Positions 43,586-53,043 of a DNA stretch of 64,000 bases are shown one piece after another. The stretch is from Chloroflexota bacterium (GTDB lineage: Bacteria; Chloroflexota; Dehalococcoidia; Lucifugimonadales; UBA3495). Where the stretch lies: positions 12,164 to 76,163 of the forward strand of contig JAQBUV010000004.1 of NCBI GenBank assembly GCA_027623815.1. Direction: 5' to 3'. Below the pieces are notes generated by a model that did no database searches, was not told the origin of the DNA, and saw only the letters and a list, made by a program, of their open reading frames with translations. Position numbers and translations under genes: made by a program. Each line of letters opens with the position of its first letter. The first letter of the stretch is position 1.

Positions 43586-43843
43586 CTACACTGAGGCCAG
43601 TTCCTCCAGTTGGTAGCTAAACTCTTCAATCACCGGGTTGGCCAGCAGCTTCCGGCACATTTCGGAGACCTGGGCTTCAGCCTGAGACCGTTCCGATTCG
43701 TTGACCTGCACTTCCAGGTACTTCCCCAAGCGGACGCTGGCTACCGATTCAAACCCCAGGGTTTTTAATGCGCCCAGCACTGTCAGCCCCTGGGGGTCGT
43801 TGACGGTGGGTTTAAGGGTGACGAACACTTTTGCCAAAAACAA
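43586..43843 (-). CDS. purS: Phosphoribosylformylglycinamidine synthase subunit PurS
   Basis: 85 aa. VFVTLKPTVNDPQGLTVLGALKTLGF. Confidence 0.92.
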   Translation of the reverse strand: MFLAKVFVTLKPTVNDPQGLTVLGALKTLGFESVASVRLGKYLEVQVNESERSQAEAQVSEMCRKLLANPVIEEFSYQLEELASV

Positions 43844-43860
43844 TCAATACTCTCTTTTGC

Positions 43861-44541
43861 TCAGGGCGTGACGCCCGAGTTCAAGCAGGGTATGTTACCC
43901 TCGGGCCCCAGCCTGCCGGCGTAATTATCGAAGAAGGTCTTAATTCGGTCTTTGTCGACGCCTTCCATGGTGTCGGACACGCCCCATGCGGACAGGGCTA
44001 CTGTGCCCACCGGAATCTTGCTGTAGGCCCGGGTCACGCCGGTGACGTTGGCCAGGCCGATGTCGCTCATTACGTCACGAAGCTGGTTGATCTCTTCGGG
44101 AGTGCCCAGATTATAGCTGACCACGATATTGCTGTGTTCCAGATTATGCACGACGCGCTCGTCGGCCAATTCCTCCTCATAGAAGCCGCAGTTGGACCAC
44201 TGGGGCCAGTGACTGCCAGAGGTGGGCGGGATACTGTTGTACTCAACCGTCTGAGGCTCTGCCACGTGCGTGACGGTGGGCATAATGTCATGCTGCACGC
44301 CTACTCCGTCCACATATGCGGTGGCGGTTCCCGCAGTGTGTCCTCCAATGCCTCGCTGACCGATGCCCGTCGCGCCCACGGCAAAGCCGCCAATCACCAG
44401 CACCGCAATTAAGGCGGACGCGACGATGTACAGCCAGCTATTTTTCCGGGGACGTGCTCGGGTTGCGGAAAGCGAGGTACCGGCACCCGCGCCGCCGGGC
44501 CCGGTTCGGCCTCTGCGCCGACGATGTCTAGACTCTGGCAA
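43861..44541 (-). CDS. DUF3105 domain membrane-anchored protein
   Basis: 226 aa. Arg-rich N-terminus plus TM helix. YNSIPPTSGSHW....VHNLEHSNIVVSYN is typical of DUF3105. Confidence 0.7.
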   Translation of the reverse strand: MPESRHRRRRGRTGPGGAGAGTSLSATRARPRKNSWLYIVASALIAVLVIGGFAVGATGIGQRGIGGHTAGTATAYVDGVGVQHDIMPTVTHVAEPQTVEYNSIPPTSGSHWPQWSNCGFYEEELADERVVHNLEHSNIVVSYNLGTPEEINQLRDVMSDIGLANVTGVTRAYSKIPVGTVALSAWGVSDTMEGVDKDRIKTFFDNYAGRLGPEGNIPCLNSGVTP

Positions 44542-44570
44542 GATAGTTCCCTCCGAATTTGGTGTATACC

Positions 44571-45470
44571 TTAAAGCCGTTCCCCGGTGAGCAGGTAGTA
44601 GGCTTCCAAGTATCTTCTTGACGTATTGGCTACCACATCATCGGGCAGGGCCGGAGCGGGCGGCTCCTGGTTCCATCCCTGTTCGGTGAGGTAGTCGCGT
44701 ACAAATTGCTTATCGAAGTTGGGCTGAGACTTGCCTGGTTCGTAGCCTTTGGCGTCCCAGAAACGGCTGGAGTCAGGGGTCAGCAATTCGTCAATGAGAA
44801 TCAACTTCCCTTCCAGCAAGCCGAATTCCATCTTGGTGTCAGCCAAAATGATGCCTTTTTCCTTGGCATAGCTGTCAGCAAAGGAATACACTTCTTTGCT
44901 GACTTCTTCCAGTTTCTGGGCCAGCGCAACGCCGACCATATCAATGACCTGCTGGCCGGTCATGTTCTGGTCGTGGCCTTCCTCGGCCTTGGTGGTGGGC
45001 GTAAACAGCGGCTCCGGGAAAGGGGTGCCTTCCAGCATGTTTTTTGGCATGGGCAAACCCCAGACCGTCCCTTGCCTTCGATACTCAGACCACGCTGAGC
45101 CGGTGATGTAGCCCCGCACAATGCATTCCATGTCGATGCGCTCGGCTTTCTTGACGATCATGGCTTGCTCCGCTAGATCAGCGGGAAGATTATCAATTAC
45201 CTCGCTATCTCCGTATCGATTGGCAACATCCGGGTCGTCGGCCAGGCAGATCAGATGGTTGGGAACGATGTGCTCGGTCTTTTCGAACCAGAATGCCGAA
45301 ATACGGTTCAACACCTTGCCCTTGCCAGGGATGCCGGTGGGGAGCACCACATCAAAGGCCGAGATGCGGTCGGTGGCTATCATCAGCAGGGTGTTCTCAT
45401 CGACAGAGTAGGTGTCGCGCACCTTGCCTCGGTGGAGAAAGTTTGGAAGTTTAGTTTCTAAGTACATCAA
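44571..45470 (-). CDS. purC: Phosphoribosylaminoimidazole-succinocarboxamide (SAICAR) synthase
   Basis: 299 aa. GKVRDTY.....LLMIATDRISAFD and ILADTKMEFG motifs. Confidence 0.95.
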   Translation of the reverse strand: MMYLETKLPNFLHRGKVRDTYSVDENTLLMIATDRISAFDVVLPTGIPGKGKVLNRISAFWFEKTEHIVPNHLICLADDPDVANRYGDSEVIDNLPADLAEQAMIVKKAERIDMECIVRGYITGSAWSEYRRQGTVWGLPMPKNMLEGTPFPEPLFTPTTKAEEGHDQNMTGQQVIDMVGVALAQKLEEVSKEVYSFADSYAKEKGIILADTKMEFGLLEGKLILIDELLTPDSSRFWDAKGYEPGKSQPNFDKQFVRDYLTEQGWNQEPPAPALPDDVVANTSRRYLEAYYLLTGERL

Positions 45471-45529
45471 TGTCCTTCTTTAACTATACGTTATTCAGTT
45501 GGAAACGGACACACCGCCAGTGTATCCGG

Positions 45530-46840
45530 TTAGGCGGAAACCTTTGACTTGAGGAGCCCAATGCGCAAGAAAGTATCGTCAATATAGCGAGTGTAGTACC
45601 CGTAATCGAATATTTCTTCCATCTCTTCTAGAGACAAATACGTTTGGGCTTCCGGGTCGGATTTTAACAATTCCCGGAAATCCTGATTGTCGTCCCAACT
45701 GCGCATGGCGTTGCGCTGCACAATTTTGTAGGCGTCCTCCCGGGACAGGCCCTTGTCCACCAGGGTGAGCAGGGTGCGCTGGCTGAAGACCAGGCCCCGG
45801 CTGCTTTCAATGTTGGCCCACATACGGTCGCTGAATACCCGCAGGTCTTTAACTATGCGCGTGAAGATGCTCAAGATGTAGTCCAAGGCCAAGCAGGAGT
45901 CGGGCAGGATGATCCGCTCGGCGGAGGAGTGACTGATATCCCGCTCGCCCCACAGAGCCACGTTTTCCAGCGCGGTAACGCTATTGCCCCGTATCAGCCG
46001 GGCTAGCCCGCAAATCCGCTCGGCCAGCTCCGGGTTGCGCTTGTGGGGCATGGACGACGAGCCGGTCTGCCCGGAGCCGAATGGTTCTTCCAATTCGTGA
46101 ATCTCGGTGCGCTGTAATCCGCGAATCTCAGTGGCGAACTTCTCCAGCGAAGCGGCGATCAACGCCAGGGTGCAGATGAAGTGGGCATACCGGTCGCGCT
46201 GGATGACCTGGTTGGACACTGGGGCCACTTGCAGTCCCAGGCGCTGACAGACTATCTCCTCGACGTTGGGCGGCAGGGTGGCGTGGGTGCCCACCGCGCC
46301 CGATATCTTGCCGACGCGGATATCTTCACAGGCGTTCACCAGCCGGGCCCGTTGTCGGCGCAATTCATCCCACCACAGGGCCAGCTTCAAGCCAAAGGTC
46401 ATTGGCTCGGCGTGGACACCGTGAGTGCGGCCCATCATCATGGTGTCTTTGTACTTGACCGCCTGAGTTGCCAGCGTTTGGATGGCCGCATCCATTTCCT
46501 GCAACATCAAGTCGCCCGCCTCCACCATCTGAAGGGCCTGAGCGGTGTCCAGCATATCCGAGGAGGTCATGCCCAGGTGCAGCCAGCGTCCTTCCGGGCC
46601 CAGACTCTCGGTGATTGAGGTCAGGAAGGCGGTCACGTCGTGACGGGTGGTCTCGAAAATCTCCATCATCCGCTGATGGTTGTACTTGGCCTCACGCAGC
46701 CGGGCCATGTCCTCTGTCGGAATAACGCCTTCCTCGGTCCAGGCTTCGGCCACCGCCAGCTCAACGTCCAGCCATTTCTGGTATTTGTTTTCGTCGGACC
46801 AGACCCGCTTCATGGCGGGACGGGAATACCGGTCAATCAA
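45530..46840 (-). CDS. purB: Adenylosuccinate lyase
   Basis: 436 aa. Fumarate-lyase signature [11 protein letters not shown]. Confidence 0.95.
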   Translation of the reverse strand: MIDRYSRPAMKRVWSDENKYQKWLDVELAVAEAWTEEGVIPTEDMARLREAKYNHQRMMEIFETTRHDVTAFLTSITESLGPEGRWLHLGMTSSDMLDTAQALQMVEAGDLMLQEMDAAIQTLATQAVKYKDTMMMGRTHGVHAEPMTFGLKLALWWDELRRQRARLVNACEDIRVGKISGAVGTHATLPPNVEEIVCQRLGLQVAPVSNQVIQRDRYAHFICTLALIAASLEKFATEIRGLQRTEIHELEEPFGSGQTGSSSMPHKRNPELAERICGLARLIRGNSVTALENVALWGERDISHSSAERIILPDSCLALDYILSIFTRIVKDLRVFSDRMWANIESSRGLVFSQRTLLTLVDKGLSREDAYKIVQRNAMRSWDDNQDFRELLKSDPEAQTYLSLEEMEEIFDYGYYTRYIDDTFLRIGLLKSKVSA

Positions 46841-46901
46841 TTTAATTTCTCCAAATAATATGCATGCCGCATGAAAATAGGGTCAACGGGAAATACGAGC
46901 A

Positions 46902-47597
46902 TCAGGTGCGAACACTGTTTTGCGGGTGCTCCCGCAATGCCGACAGCACGTCGCCAAAGTGGGCAAAGGGACGGAAGGGGATGCTCTGGCGCCGGCATTC
47001 CTCAGCCAGTACTTTGTGGGCGAATACCACGTCGGCACGTTCGGCCGCTTCAAAATCGGAACGGCCGTCACCAGCGTAGAATACATGGTGGCCCTGGCTC
47101 CGGTAGCGTTCAACGATCAGGCTCTTGGAGTTACCCATGTGTTCTTTACCAGGTCGTGTGTGGTGATAATGGTAGCTGATACCAGTTTCGCTGAAGGTGG
47201 TGTTCACCGCGTACACCGGCACCTGGGGAAATCCTTCTTTTTCCAACAACGCTTCAATGTAAAAGTCTAAACCCGCGCTGACCACGGCCACCGGAATGTC
47301 TCGCTCCTGGCAGTAGCTCACCATCTCGCCAAAATGGGGGCGTAGATTGGCCTGCTGCTTAACATAACCCTGCATGGTGTCCCGGTCAGCCAGTATATCC
47401 CGGAAGGCAATTTCCTGGTAGTCCTTCAGAGTCAGTTCGCCCGCGCGGAAGCGGCTGCGAACTTCTGTCCAGGTTGGGTCGCCATACTTAAGAAGCAACA
47501 ACTCGGCCACGTTCTGCTCAGCGGCGGTATCGTCGAAATCGGTCAGGACTGCTGGGCGCAAGCTAACGCTCCCGGAGCTGCTTTCGGTAGTCCTCAT
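46902..47597 (-). CDS. HAD-IB family phosphatase (MtnX-like)
   Basis: HAD motif I VLTDFDDT, VVSAGLDFYIE, YAGDGRSDFEAA. The start is either ATG 47597 (35-nt overlap with purE) or TTG 47561 (1 nt after the purE stop). The 308-aa tracked ORF extends further, across purE in another frame. Confidence 0.75.
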   Translation of the reverse strand: MRTTESSSGSVSLRPAVLTDFDDTAAEQNVAELLLLKYGDPTWTEVRSRFRAGELTLKDYQEIAFRDILADRDTMQGYVKQQANLRPHFGEMVSYCQERDIPVAVVSAGLDFYIEALLEKEGFPQVPVYAVNTTFSETGISYHYHHTRPGKEHMGNSKSLIVERYRSQGHHVFYAGDGRSDFEAAERADVVFAHKVLAEECRRQSIPFRPFAHFGDVLSALREHPQNSVRT

Positions 47598-48021
47598 AAG
47601 CCTGCCTGATTTCAGGGTGTTGCAGACCCAGTATTTCGGCGGCGAAGAAGGCGGCGTTGCGCGCGCCCCAAGCGCCCACGGCCATGCAGGCCACCGGAAT
47701 GCCCGGCGGCATCTGAGCTGTGGCCAGCAGCGAGTCCCAGCCATTAAGCTCGCTGTTCGCCAATGGAATACCGATGACCGGCAGAGTGCACCACGATGCC
47801 AGTACGCCTCCCAAAGCCGCCGAACCACCAGCGGCGGAGATAAGCACCTGGATTCCCCGGTCGCGGGCCGTGGTTGCGTATTCCTGCACTCGCTCCGGCG
47901 TGCGGTGCGCCGACATCGCCCTGACCTCGTAATCGATCTTAAGCAACTCTAAGGTTTCGAGCGTCCCCTTAACCAACGGTTCATCGGAGGCGCTTCCCAT
48001 AATTACACCTACTAACGGCAC
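47563..48021 (-). CDS. purE: 5-(carboxyamino)imidazole ribonucleotide mutase (PurE)
   Basis: 152 aa. VGVIMGSASD and SAHRTP motifs. Confidence 0.93.
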   Translation of the reverse strand: MPLVGVIMGSASDEPLVKGTLETLELLKIDYEVRAMSAHRTPERVQEYATTARDRGIQVLISAAGGSAALGGVLASWCTLPVIGIPLANSELNGWDSLLATAQMPPGIPVACMAVGAWGARNAAFFAAEILGLQHPEIRQAYEDYRKQLRER

Positions 48022-48135
48022 GGCTATCCACTCCTAATTATCAATCTGGAAATTTTTCTAATTATTGCGATCAAGCCGCTTCTGCTCCGCCCATCTGGCC
48101 GAGGGCGAACTAAAAACGACTCGCTATATTAAAGG

Positions 48136-48606
48136 CTAAACTTGCAACTCTTCTCGGAAGGCTTCCACCAACGCCTGCTCCAACGCCTCGCGCTCAGGCC
48201 GAACGTCAATCTCATTTATCTGGAGATAAATTCCGTCTTCGGAAAATCCCAGGTCTACCGCTATCTCGCATTCGCCGTCTTCGTCCCAGGTAAGGACAGT
48301 GCTGACGTAATCGGCGTCGTCATCATCAGCAACACCAGCGCCCAGATCCAGGAGCGGCAGATCATCTTCGGTTTCTTTCTCGGGCGGATCCCAGGATGAG
48401 TAGGATTCGACCTCGCCAATACCCCGAAGCAGCACCGAGTTCATATCATCGATCAGTTTGGCTATTCCCAGCGACTCGGCCATTTGAGAAAGCTGCTCCC
48501 GCTGGCTCTGACGCGCGGCTTCCAACAATTTAGACTGACGCGTCCGTTCCGCCCGGACGTCGGCCAGTTCAATTTGCAGCGATTCAATCGTATCTCGCCA
48601 CGCCAT
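48136..48606 (-). CDS. Hypothetical acidic protein (N-terminal coiled coil)
   Basis: 156-aa ORF on the operon strand between purD and purE. I recognise no motif. Very Asp/Glu-rich. Confidence 0.55.
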   Translation of the reverse strand: MAWRDTIESLQIELADVRAERTRQSKLLEAARQSQREQLSQMAESLGIAKLIDDMNSVLLRGIGEVESYSSWDPPEKETEDDLPLLDLGAGVADDDDADYVSTVLTWDEDGECEIAVDLGFSEDGIYLQINEIDVRPEREALEQALVEAFREELQV

Positions 48607-48651
48607 AGCAATTCTCCTGTCAAGGCCCGTGTTTGACTGGGCTAGGTAGCT

Positions 48652-49248
48652 TTATTTTCCGGTCCTGGGAACTGATTTGGCCACCCAATGAGTAAATTGG
48701 TCTACTTCACGAAAGTCGGCCAGTCCCGTCTGAAATCGAACCCTCTGGAGAACATCCAGCAGGTCGATGTAGCGCAACCCCCAGTGCCCCTTGCCCAACG
48801 TTTCCGGGTATAACCCCAAAATTTTCAATGCGCGCTCAGCCTGGTTATTCCATACGCCAAACAAACTGGGCTCTCGCAAGCACATCAGGTAGGACACGAA
48901 CCCCTGGCCTGCTCCGGCCAGTTGGTAGGCCCCCTCTGGCGATACGCACTCATCAAAACGGCTTTCCAGCTTGATATTATCATAAAGCAGAAAGTCCAGC
49001 GAATCCCTAATTTCCTCGATGGGACTGGCTCTAAATTCCTTGACGCGGCTGCCACCGGAGGCACGGTACAAAGCGGTTGCTTGCTCCATCGACAAAGCTG
49101 CCAGCGTCGATTCAGCCAGCCAGTCGGCGTACTCCTCAGACCTTCGCCATCGCTTCTTCCAAAAGGCATCCAGTTGGCCCGACTGCACCGCGGATACATA
49201 CGGTTCGCGAAGGGTTAGCTGGTCTGGGCGGCCTGGCCTGGCGACCAT
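48652..49248 (-). CDS. Hypothetical protein
   Basis: 198-aa ORF on the operon strand, overlapping the purD 3' end by 34 nt. I recognise no motif. Confidence 0.55.
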   Translation of the reverse strand: MVARPGRPDQLTLREPYVSAVQSGQLDAFWKKRWRRSEEYADWLAESTLAALSMEQATALYRASGGSRVKEFRASPIEEIRDSLDFLLYDNIKLESRFDECVSPEGAYQLAGAGQGFVSYLMCLREPSLFGVWNNQAERALKILGLYPETLGKGHWGLRYIDLLDVLQRVRFQTGLADFREVDQFTHWVAKSVPRTGK

Positions 49249-50534
49249 ACTTCCCCCTCAGGAACAGACCTGGGCGTGCCAATGTCTTTCCGATAGTAAG
49301 CGCCCTCAAAGCTGATACTCTCGACCCGACGGTAGGCTCTGGCTCTGGCATCGTCCAGCGAATCTCCCCAGCCGGTTACGGTCAGCACCCGGCCGCCGCT
49401 GGTGGCTACTCGGGAAACCCCGCCATCAGTTAACAACCTGGTGCCAGCGTGAAAGACCTGGGTGTTCTCCTGCTCTAAAGCGAGACCATGTATCTCAAAG
49501 TCGGTCTCGTATGCCTCAGGATACCCACCGGAGGTCATCACAACCCCCACGTGGGCCTGGTCGCGCCATTCCACCGGCACTTTGTCCAGGCGGCCCTGAG
49601 CGCAGGCCAGCATCACTGCAATGGGGTCACTGCGCAGCAAGGGCAAGATGACCTGGGTCTCCGGGTCACCAAACCGGCAGTTGAATTCTAATACCCTGGG
49701 CCCATCTTCGGTTAACATAACACCAGCGTAGAGAATGCCTTGGTAAGGGGTGCCCCGGCTCGCCATGACCTCCGCCGTTGGGCGCATTACTCGGTCTACA
49801 ATTTCTTTGGCCAGAGACTCAGTCCAGAAATTGGGTGGAGTGAAGCTGCCCATGCCGCCGGTGTTGGGCCCCTGATCGCCATCGCCAATCCGCTTGTAGT
49901 CGCAAGCGGCGATGGGAGTTGAAACCTGTTCGCCATCGCAGAAGGCAAACACGCTGACTTCCGGCCCCGACAGCATTTCTTCAATCACAATTGTCTCACC
50001 GGCGTTCCCAAAGAGCCGGTCATTCATGCAGGACTTTACCGCAACCGATGCCTCTTCGGGGTTGTGACACATCGCCACGCCTTTACCGGCGGCCAGACCG
50101 TCGGCTTTAACCACAACTGGACTGGAATTTTTCCGCACAAAGTCAAGGGCCGATTGCTGGTCGTGGAAAACGTGGTAATCCGGGCCGGGGACGCCCGCTT
50201 CTTGCATGATGCTTCGGGCAAAACCTTTGCTCGCCTCGATTTGGGCGGCGGCTCTGGTCGGGCCAAAGGCTGGAATGCCAGCAGCGGCCAGTTTATCAAC
50301 CAGCCCGTTTGCCAGCGGAACTTCCGGGCCGACCACCACCAGGTCGATACGGTGGGCCTGGGCGGCGGTTACCACGGCATCAACGTCCTCTGGGTTGACT
50401 GACAGGTTAGTTGCGACCTGAGCGGTTCCGGCGTTACCTCCAGCCACCCACAGGTCGGTTAACTGGGGACTCTGACGCAATCGCCAGGCCAGCGCGTGTT
50501 CGCGGCCTCCCGACCCGACAACCAAAACCCTCAT
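49215..50534 (-). CDS. purD: Phosphoribosylamine-glycine ligase
   Basis: 439 aa. MRVLVVGSGGREHALAW, ATP-grasp body. The start codon abuts the guaA stop. Confidence 0.95.
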   Translation of the reverse strand: MRVLVVGSGGREHALAWRLRQSPQLTDLWVAGGNAGTAQVATNLSVNPEDVDAVVTAAQAHRIDLVVVGPEVPLANGLVDKLAAAGIPAFGPTRAAAQIEASKGFARSIMQEAGVPGPDYHVFHDQQSALDFVRKNSSPVVVKADGLAAGKGVAMCHNPEEASVAVKSCMNDRLFGNAGETIVIEEMLSGPEVSVFAFCDGEQVSTPIAACDYKRIGDGDQGPNTGGMGSFTPPNFWTESLAKEIVDRVMRPTAEVMASRGTPYQGILYAGVMLTEDGPRVLEFNCRFGDPETQVILPLLRSDPIAVMLACAQGRLDKVPVEWRDQAHVGVVMTSGGYPEAYETDFEIHGLALEQENTQVFHAGTRLLTDGGVSRVATSGGRVLTVTGWGDSLDDARARAYRRVESISFEGAYYRKDIGTPRSVPEGEVWSPGQAAQTS

Positions 50535-52148
50535 CTACTCCCACTCAATGGTGCCCGGAGGCTTGCTGGTTATGTCGTAGACCACCCGGTTCACCCCTGG
50601 GACTTCGTTCACAATGCGACTGGATATCTGCGACAAGACCTCGTAGGGCAAGCGCACCCAATCGGCGGTCATCGCGTCGTCGCTGGACACTGCCCGAATG
50701 GCACAGACGTAACCATAGGTGCGAAAATCGCCCATCACGCCCACGGTGCGGCTGTCGGTGAGCACCGCGAAGCTCTGCCAAATTTCATCGTAGAGACCCG
50801 CTTTCTTGACCTCGTCCAGCACGATGGTGTCGCAGCCCCGCAGTATCGCTAGGCGTTCTTTGGTCACTTCACCGATGATGCGAATGGCTAGACCGGGGCC
50901 GGGGAAGGGCTGGCGGTAGACCATCTCTCGGGGTAGCCCCAAGGCCAGGCCAACGTCCCGAACTTCGTCCTTGAACAGGTAGCGCAGCGGCTCCACCAGC
51001 TTTAGCTCCATGTGTTCGGGCAGGCCGCCGACGTTGTGGTGGGACTTGATGCGGGCCGAAGCCCGGTTATCCGGCGTCTCGCTTTCGATAACATCTGGGT
51101 ACAGCGTACCCTGGGCCAGGAATTTGGCATCGCTCAACTCCGGGGCGACGCCCTCAAACACCCGGATAAACTCTTCACCAATGGCTTTCCGCTTCTGCTC
51201 CGGGTCAATTACGCTTTCTAATTTCTTCAGAAAGCGGTCGGTGGCGTCAACGTACATCAAGTTGAGGCAAAGATTTTTCTTGAAGGTGTTTTGTACCGCC
51301 TCAGCCTCCCCCTCACGGAGCAGACCGTTGTTGACAAAAATGCAGGTTAAATTATCGCCGATAGCCTCGTGCAGCAGAGCCGCGGTTACCGCCGAGTCCA
51401 CTCCGCCGGAAAGAGCGCAGATTACCCGGCCATCACCAACCTGCTCTCGCATCCGACTGACCGACTCGGCGACAAAGTTGCCGGGTGTCCAGGAATCCTG
51501 GCAACCACAGGCGTTGCGCAGAAAATTCCCTAGTATCGCCATGCCCAGGGGGGTATGCGCTACTTCGGGGTGGAACTGCAAGCCGAACCGGCGCAGTCCG
51601 TCCCCGATGGCGGCCACCGCCGAGTTGTCGGTGTGGGCCAGGGTTGAGAAGCCTGGGGGCAGGGCCTCAACCCGGTCGCCGTGGCTCATCCAAACTTCCA
51701 GGGATTCGGGCAGTCCCTGAAATAGTGGCGTTTCAGAACTATCACGGCTGTCACGATGTAAGCTGGCATGGCCGTATTCTCTGACTGCGCCCGACGCAAC
51801 CCGCCCGCCCAGTTGGTGCACCATTGCCTGCATTCCGTAGCAGATGCCCAGAATCGGCAGGTCTTGTTCAAACACCCAGTTGGGAATGACCGGAGCGTCG
51901 GCGTCATAGACGCTGGCCGGGCCGCCAGAGAGGATGATTCCCTTGGGGTTGACCCGCTGCGTAGCCCGTTCCCAGGTTGCGGACGCCGGGACTATCTCCG
52001 AGTACACCCGCAGTTCACGTATCCGGCGGGCAATTAGGTGGGTGTACTGCGAGCCAAAGTCAATGACGACAATGCCATCATCTTTTGGGGGATTACCATT
52101 GGGGGAGCCACCATTGGGGGAGCCACCGTTTGCGCCTGTTGGCTGCAT
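50535..52148 (-). CDS. guaA: GMP synthase (glutamine-hydrolysing)
   Basis: 537 aa. GATase1 (ILGICYGMQ), ATP-PPase SGGVDS, conserved C-terminus ...[21 protein letters not shown]-terminal extension is encoded by a tandem repeat. Confidence 0.95.
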   Translation of the reverse strand: MQPTGANGGSPNGGSPNGNPPKDDGIVVIDFGSQYTHLIARRIRELRVYSEIVPASATWERATQRVNPKGIILSGGPASVYDADAPVIPNWVFEQDLPILGICYGMQAMVHQLGGRVASGAVREYGHASLHRDSRDSSETPLFQGLPESLEVWMSHGDRVEALPPGFSTLAHTDNSAVAAIGDGLRRFGLQFHPEVAHTPLGMAILGNFLRNACGCQDSWTPGNFVAESVSRMREQVGDGRVICALSGGVDSAVTAALLHEAIGDNLTCIFVNNGLLREGEAEAVQNTFKKNLCLNLMYVDATDRFLKKLESVIDPEQKRKAIGEEFIRVFEGVAPELSDAKFLAQGTLYPDVIESETPDNRASARIKSHHNVGGLPEHMELKLVEPLRYLFKDEVRDVGLALGLPREMVYRQPFPGPGLAIRIIGEVTKERLAILRGCDTIVLDEVKKAGLYDEIWQSFAVLTDSRTVGVMGDFRTYGYVCAIRAVSSDDAMTADWVRLPYEVLSQISSRIVNEVPGVNRVVYDITSKPPGTIEWE

Positions 52149-52371
52149 ATTCTCCGGCCTATTCAGTTTGCGAGTTTTTTGGGATGTTCAGTGTGCCGCA
52201 GATCTTAAATATAAGCACCCGATGCTGGTATATCCCAGGGCTATTATCGGCCAATTCTGCGTAAAATGCCACCTAAATCTGCTCAAGTTAGCGCAGTATG
52301 CTAGAGTATCGAATCCGAAAATTTCTCGACCCGACGCCCTCCACATGCTAAACTCATTTTGAGCTATAGCG

Positions 52372-53040
52372 ATGGTAGAACTCGACCAAATAATGACGCA
52401 AATGACGACGCCCCAATCCTCCGGTGAATTGCATGAAGCGTTGCAACACCTGACCTCCGGCGGAGTGGTGGTGCTGCCAACGGATACTCTGTATGGGCTG
52501 GCTGCCGACGTTTCTAGCCAGACCGCCCTGGAACGGGTATTTACTATTAAAGGCCGAGCGTCCGATCTGGCTTTGCCGGTGCTGGTTTCCGACTGGGCGA
52601 TGGTGGCAATGGTGGCGAGCAACCAGTCCAGTGTGGCGCGGCGTTTGGCGGAGAAATACTGGCCTGGCCCGCTTACTTTGGTGCTGCCCAAGCTGACCAG
52701 CCTCTCCGACCTGGTTACTGGTGGGCGAGACACGGTGGCGGTGCGCAGCCCCGAACACCGGGTGCCCCAGGGGTTAATCACCCAGTTAGGCCGCCCAATA
52801 ACCGGCACCAGCGCCAACCTCAGCGGTGCGCCGAACCCGCAATCACTGGATGAAGTGCGAGAACAATTGGGAGATTCAGTAGATTACATAATTTCCTGCG
52901 GGCCAGCCCCAATGGGTACCGCCTCAACTATTGTAGATTTAACTACTGACTCACCCATGCTGATTCGCGAGGGAGCGATTCCCTTTCAAGAAATTAAAGA
53001 ATTTTGTCACTCATCATCAGCATCATCAGATAGAGGTTAG
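52372..53040 (+). CDS. tsaC: L-threonylcarbamoyladenylate synthase (YrdC/TsaC domain)
   Basis: 222 aa. GGVVVLPTDTLYGLAAD, KGRASDLALPVLV, TSANLSG motifs. Confidence 0.88.
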   Translation: MVELDQIMTQMTTPQSSGELHEALQHLTSGGVVVLPTDTLYGLAADVSSQTALERVFTIKGRASDLALPVLVSDWAMVAMVASNQSSVARRLAEKYWPGPLTLVLPKLTSLSDLVTGGRDTVAVRSPEHRVPQGLITQLGRPITGTSANLSGAPNPQSLDEVREQLGDSVDYIISCGPAPMGTASTIVDLTTDSPMLIREGAIPFQEIKEFCHSSSASSDRG

Positions 53041-53043
53041 AGT

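Noticed and set aside
47598-47828. N-terminal 77 codons of the 308-aa ORF at 46902-47828
   Set aside because: This part runs across purE in a different frame with Trp/Arg/Cys-rich nonsense. HAD homology begins only near 47560.
47563-48021. Possible atypical PurE class. The motif GGSAALGGV occurs where class I enzymes have GGAAHLPGM, and no purK lies nearby.
   Set aside because: The catalytic SAHRTP motif is present. I cannot judge class from memory of motifs alone, and purK may simply be elsewhere in the genome.
52149-52371. Looked for a purine/guanine riboswitch upstream of guaA (- strand), and likewise upstream of purF at 22500-22637
   Set aside because: I could not find the conserved junction sequences of the purine riboswitch (for example the U-rich J2/3 ...UUUCUACC... 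and the P1 UAUA closing pairs) on either strand.
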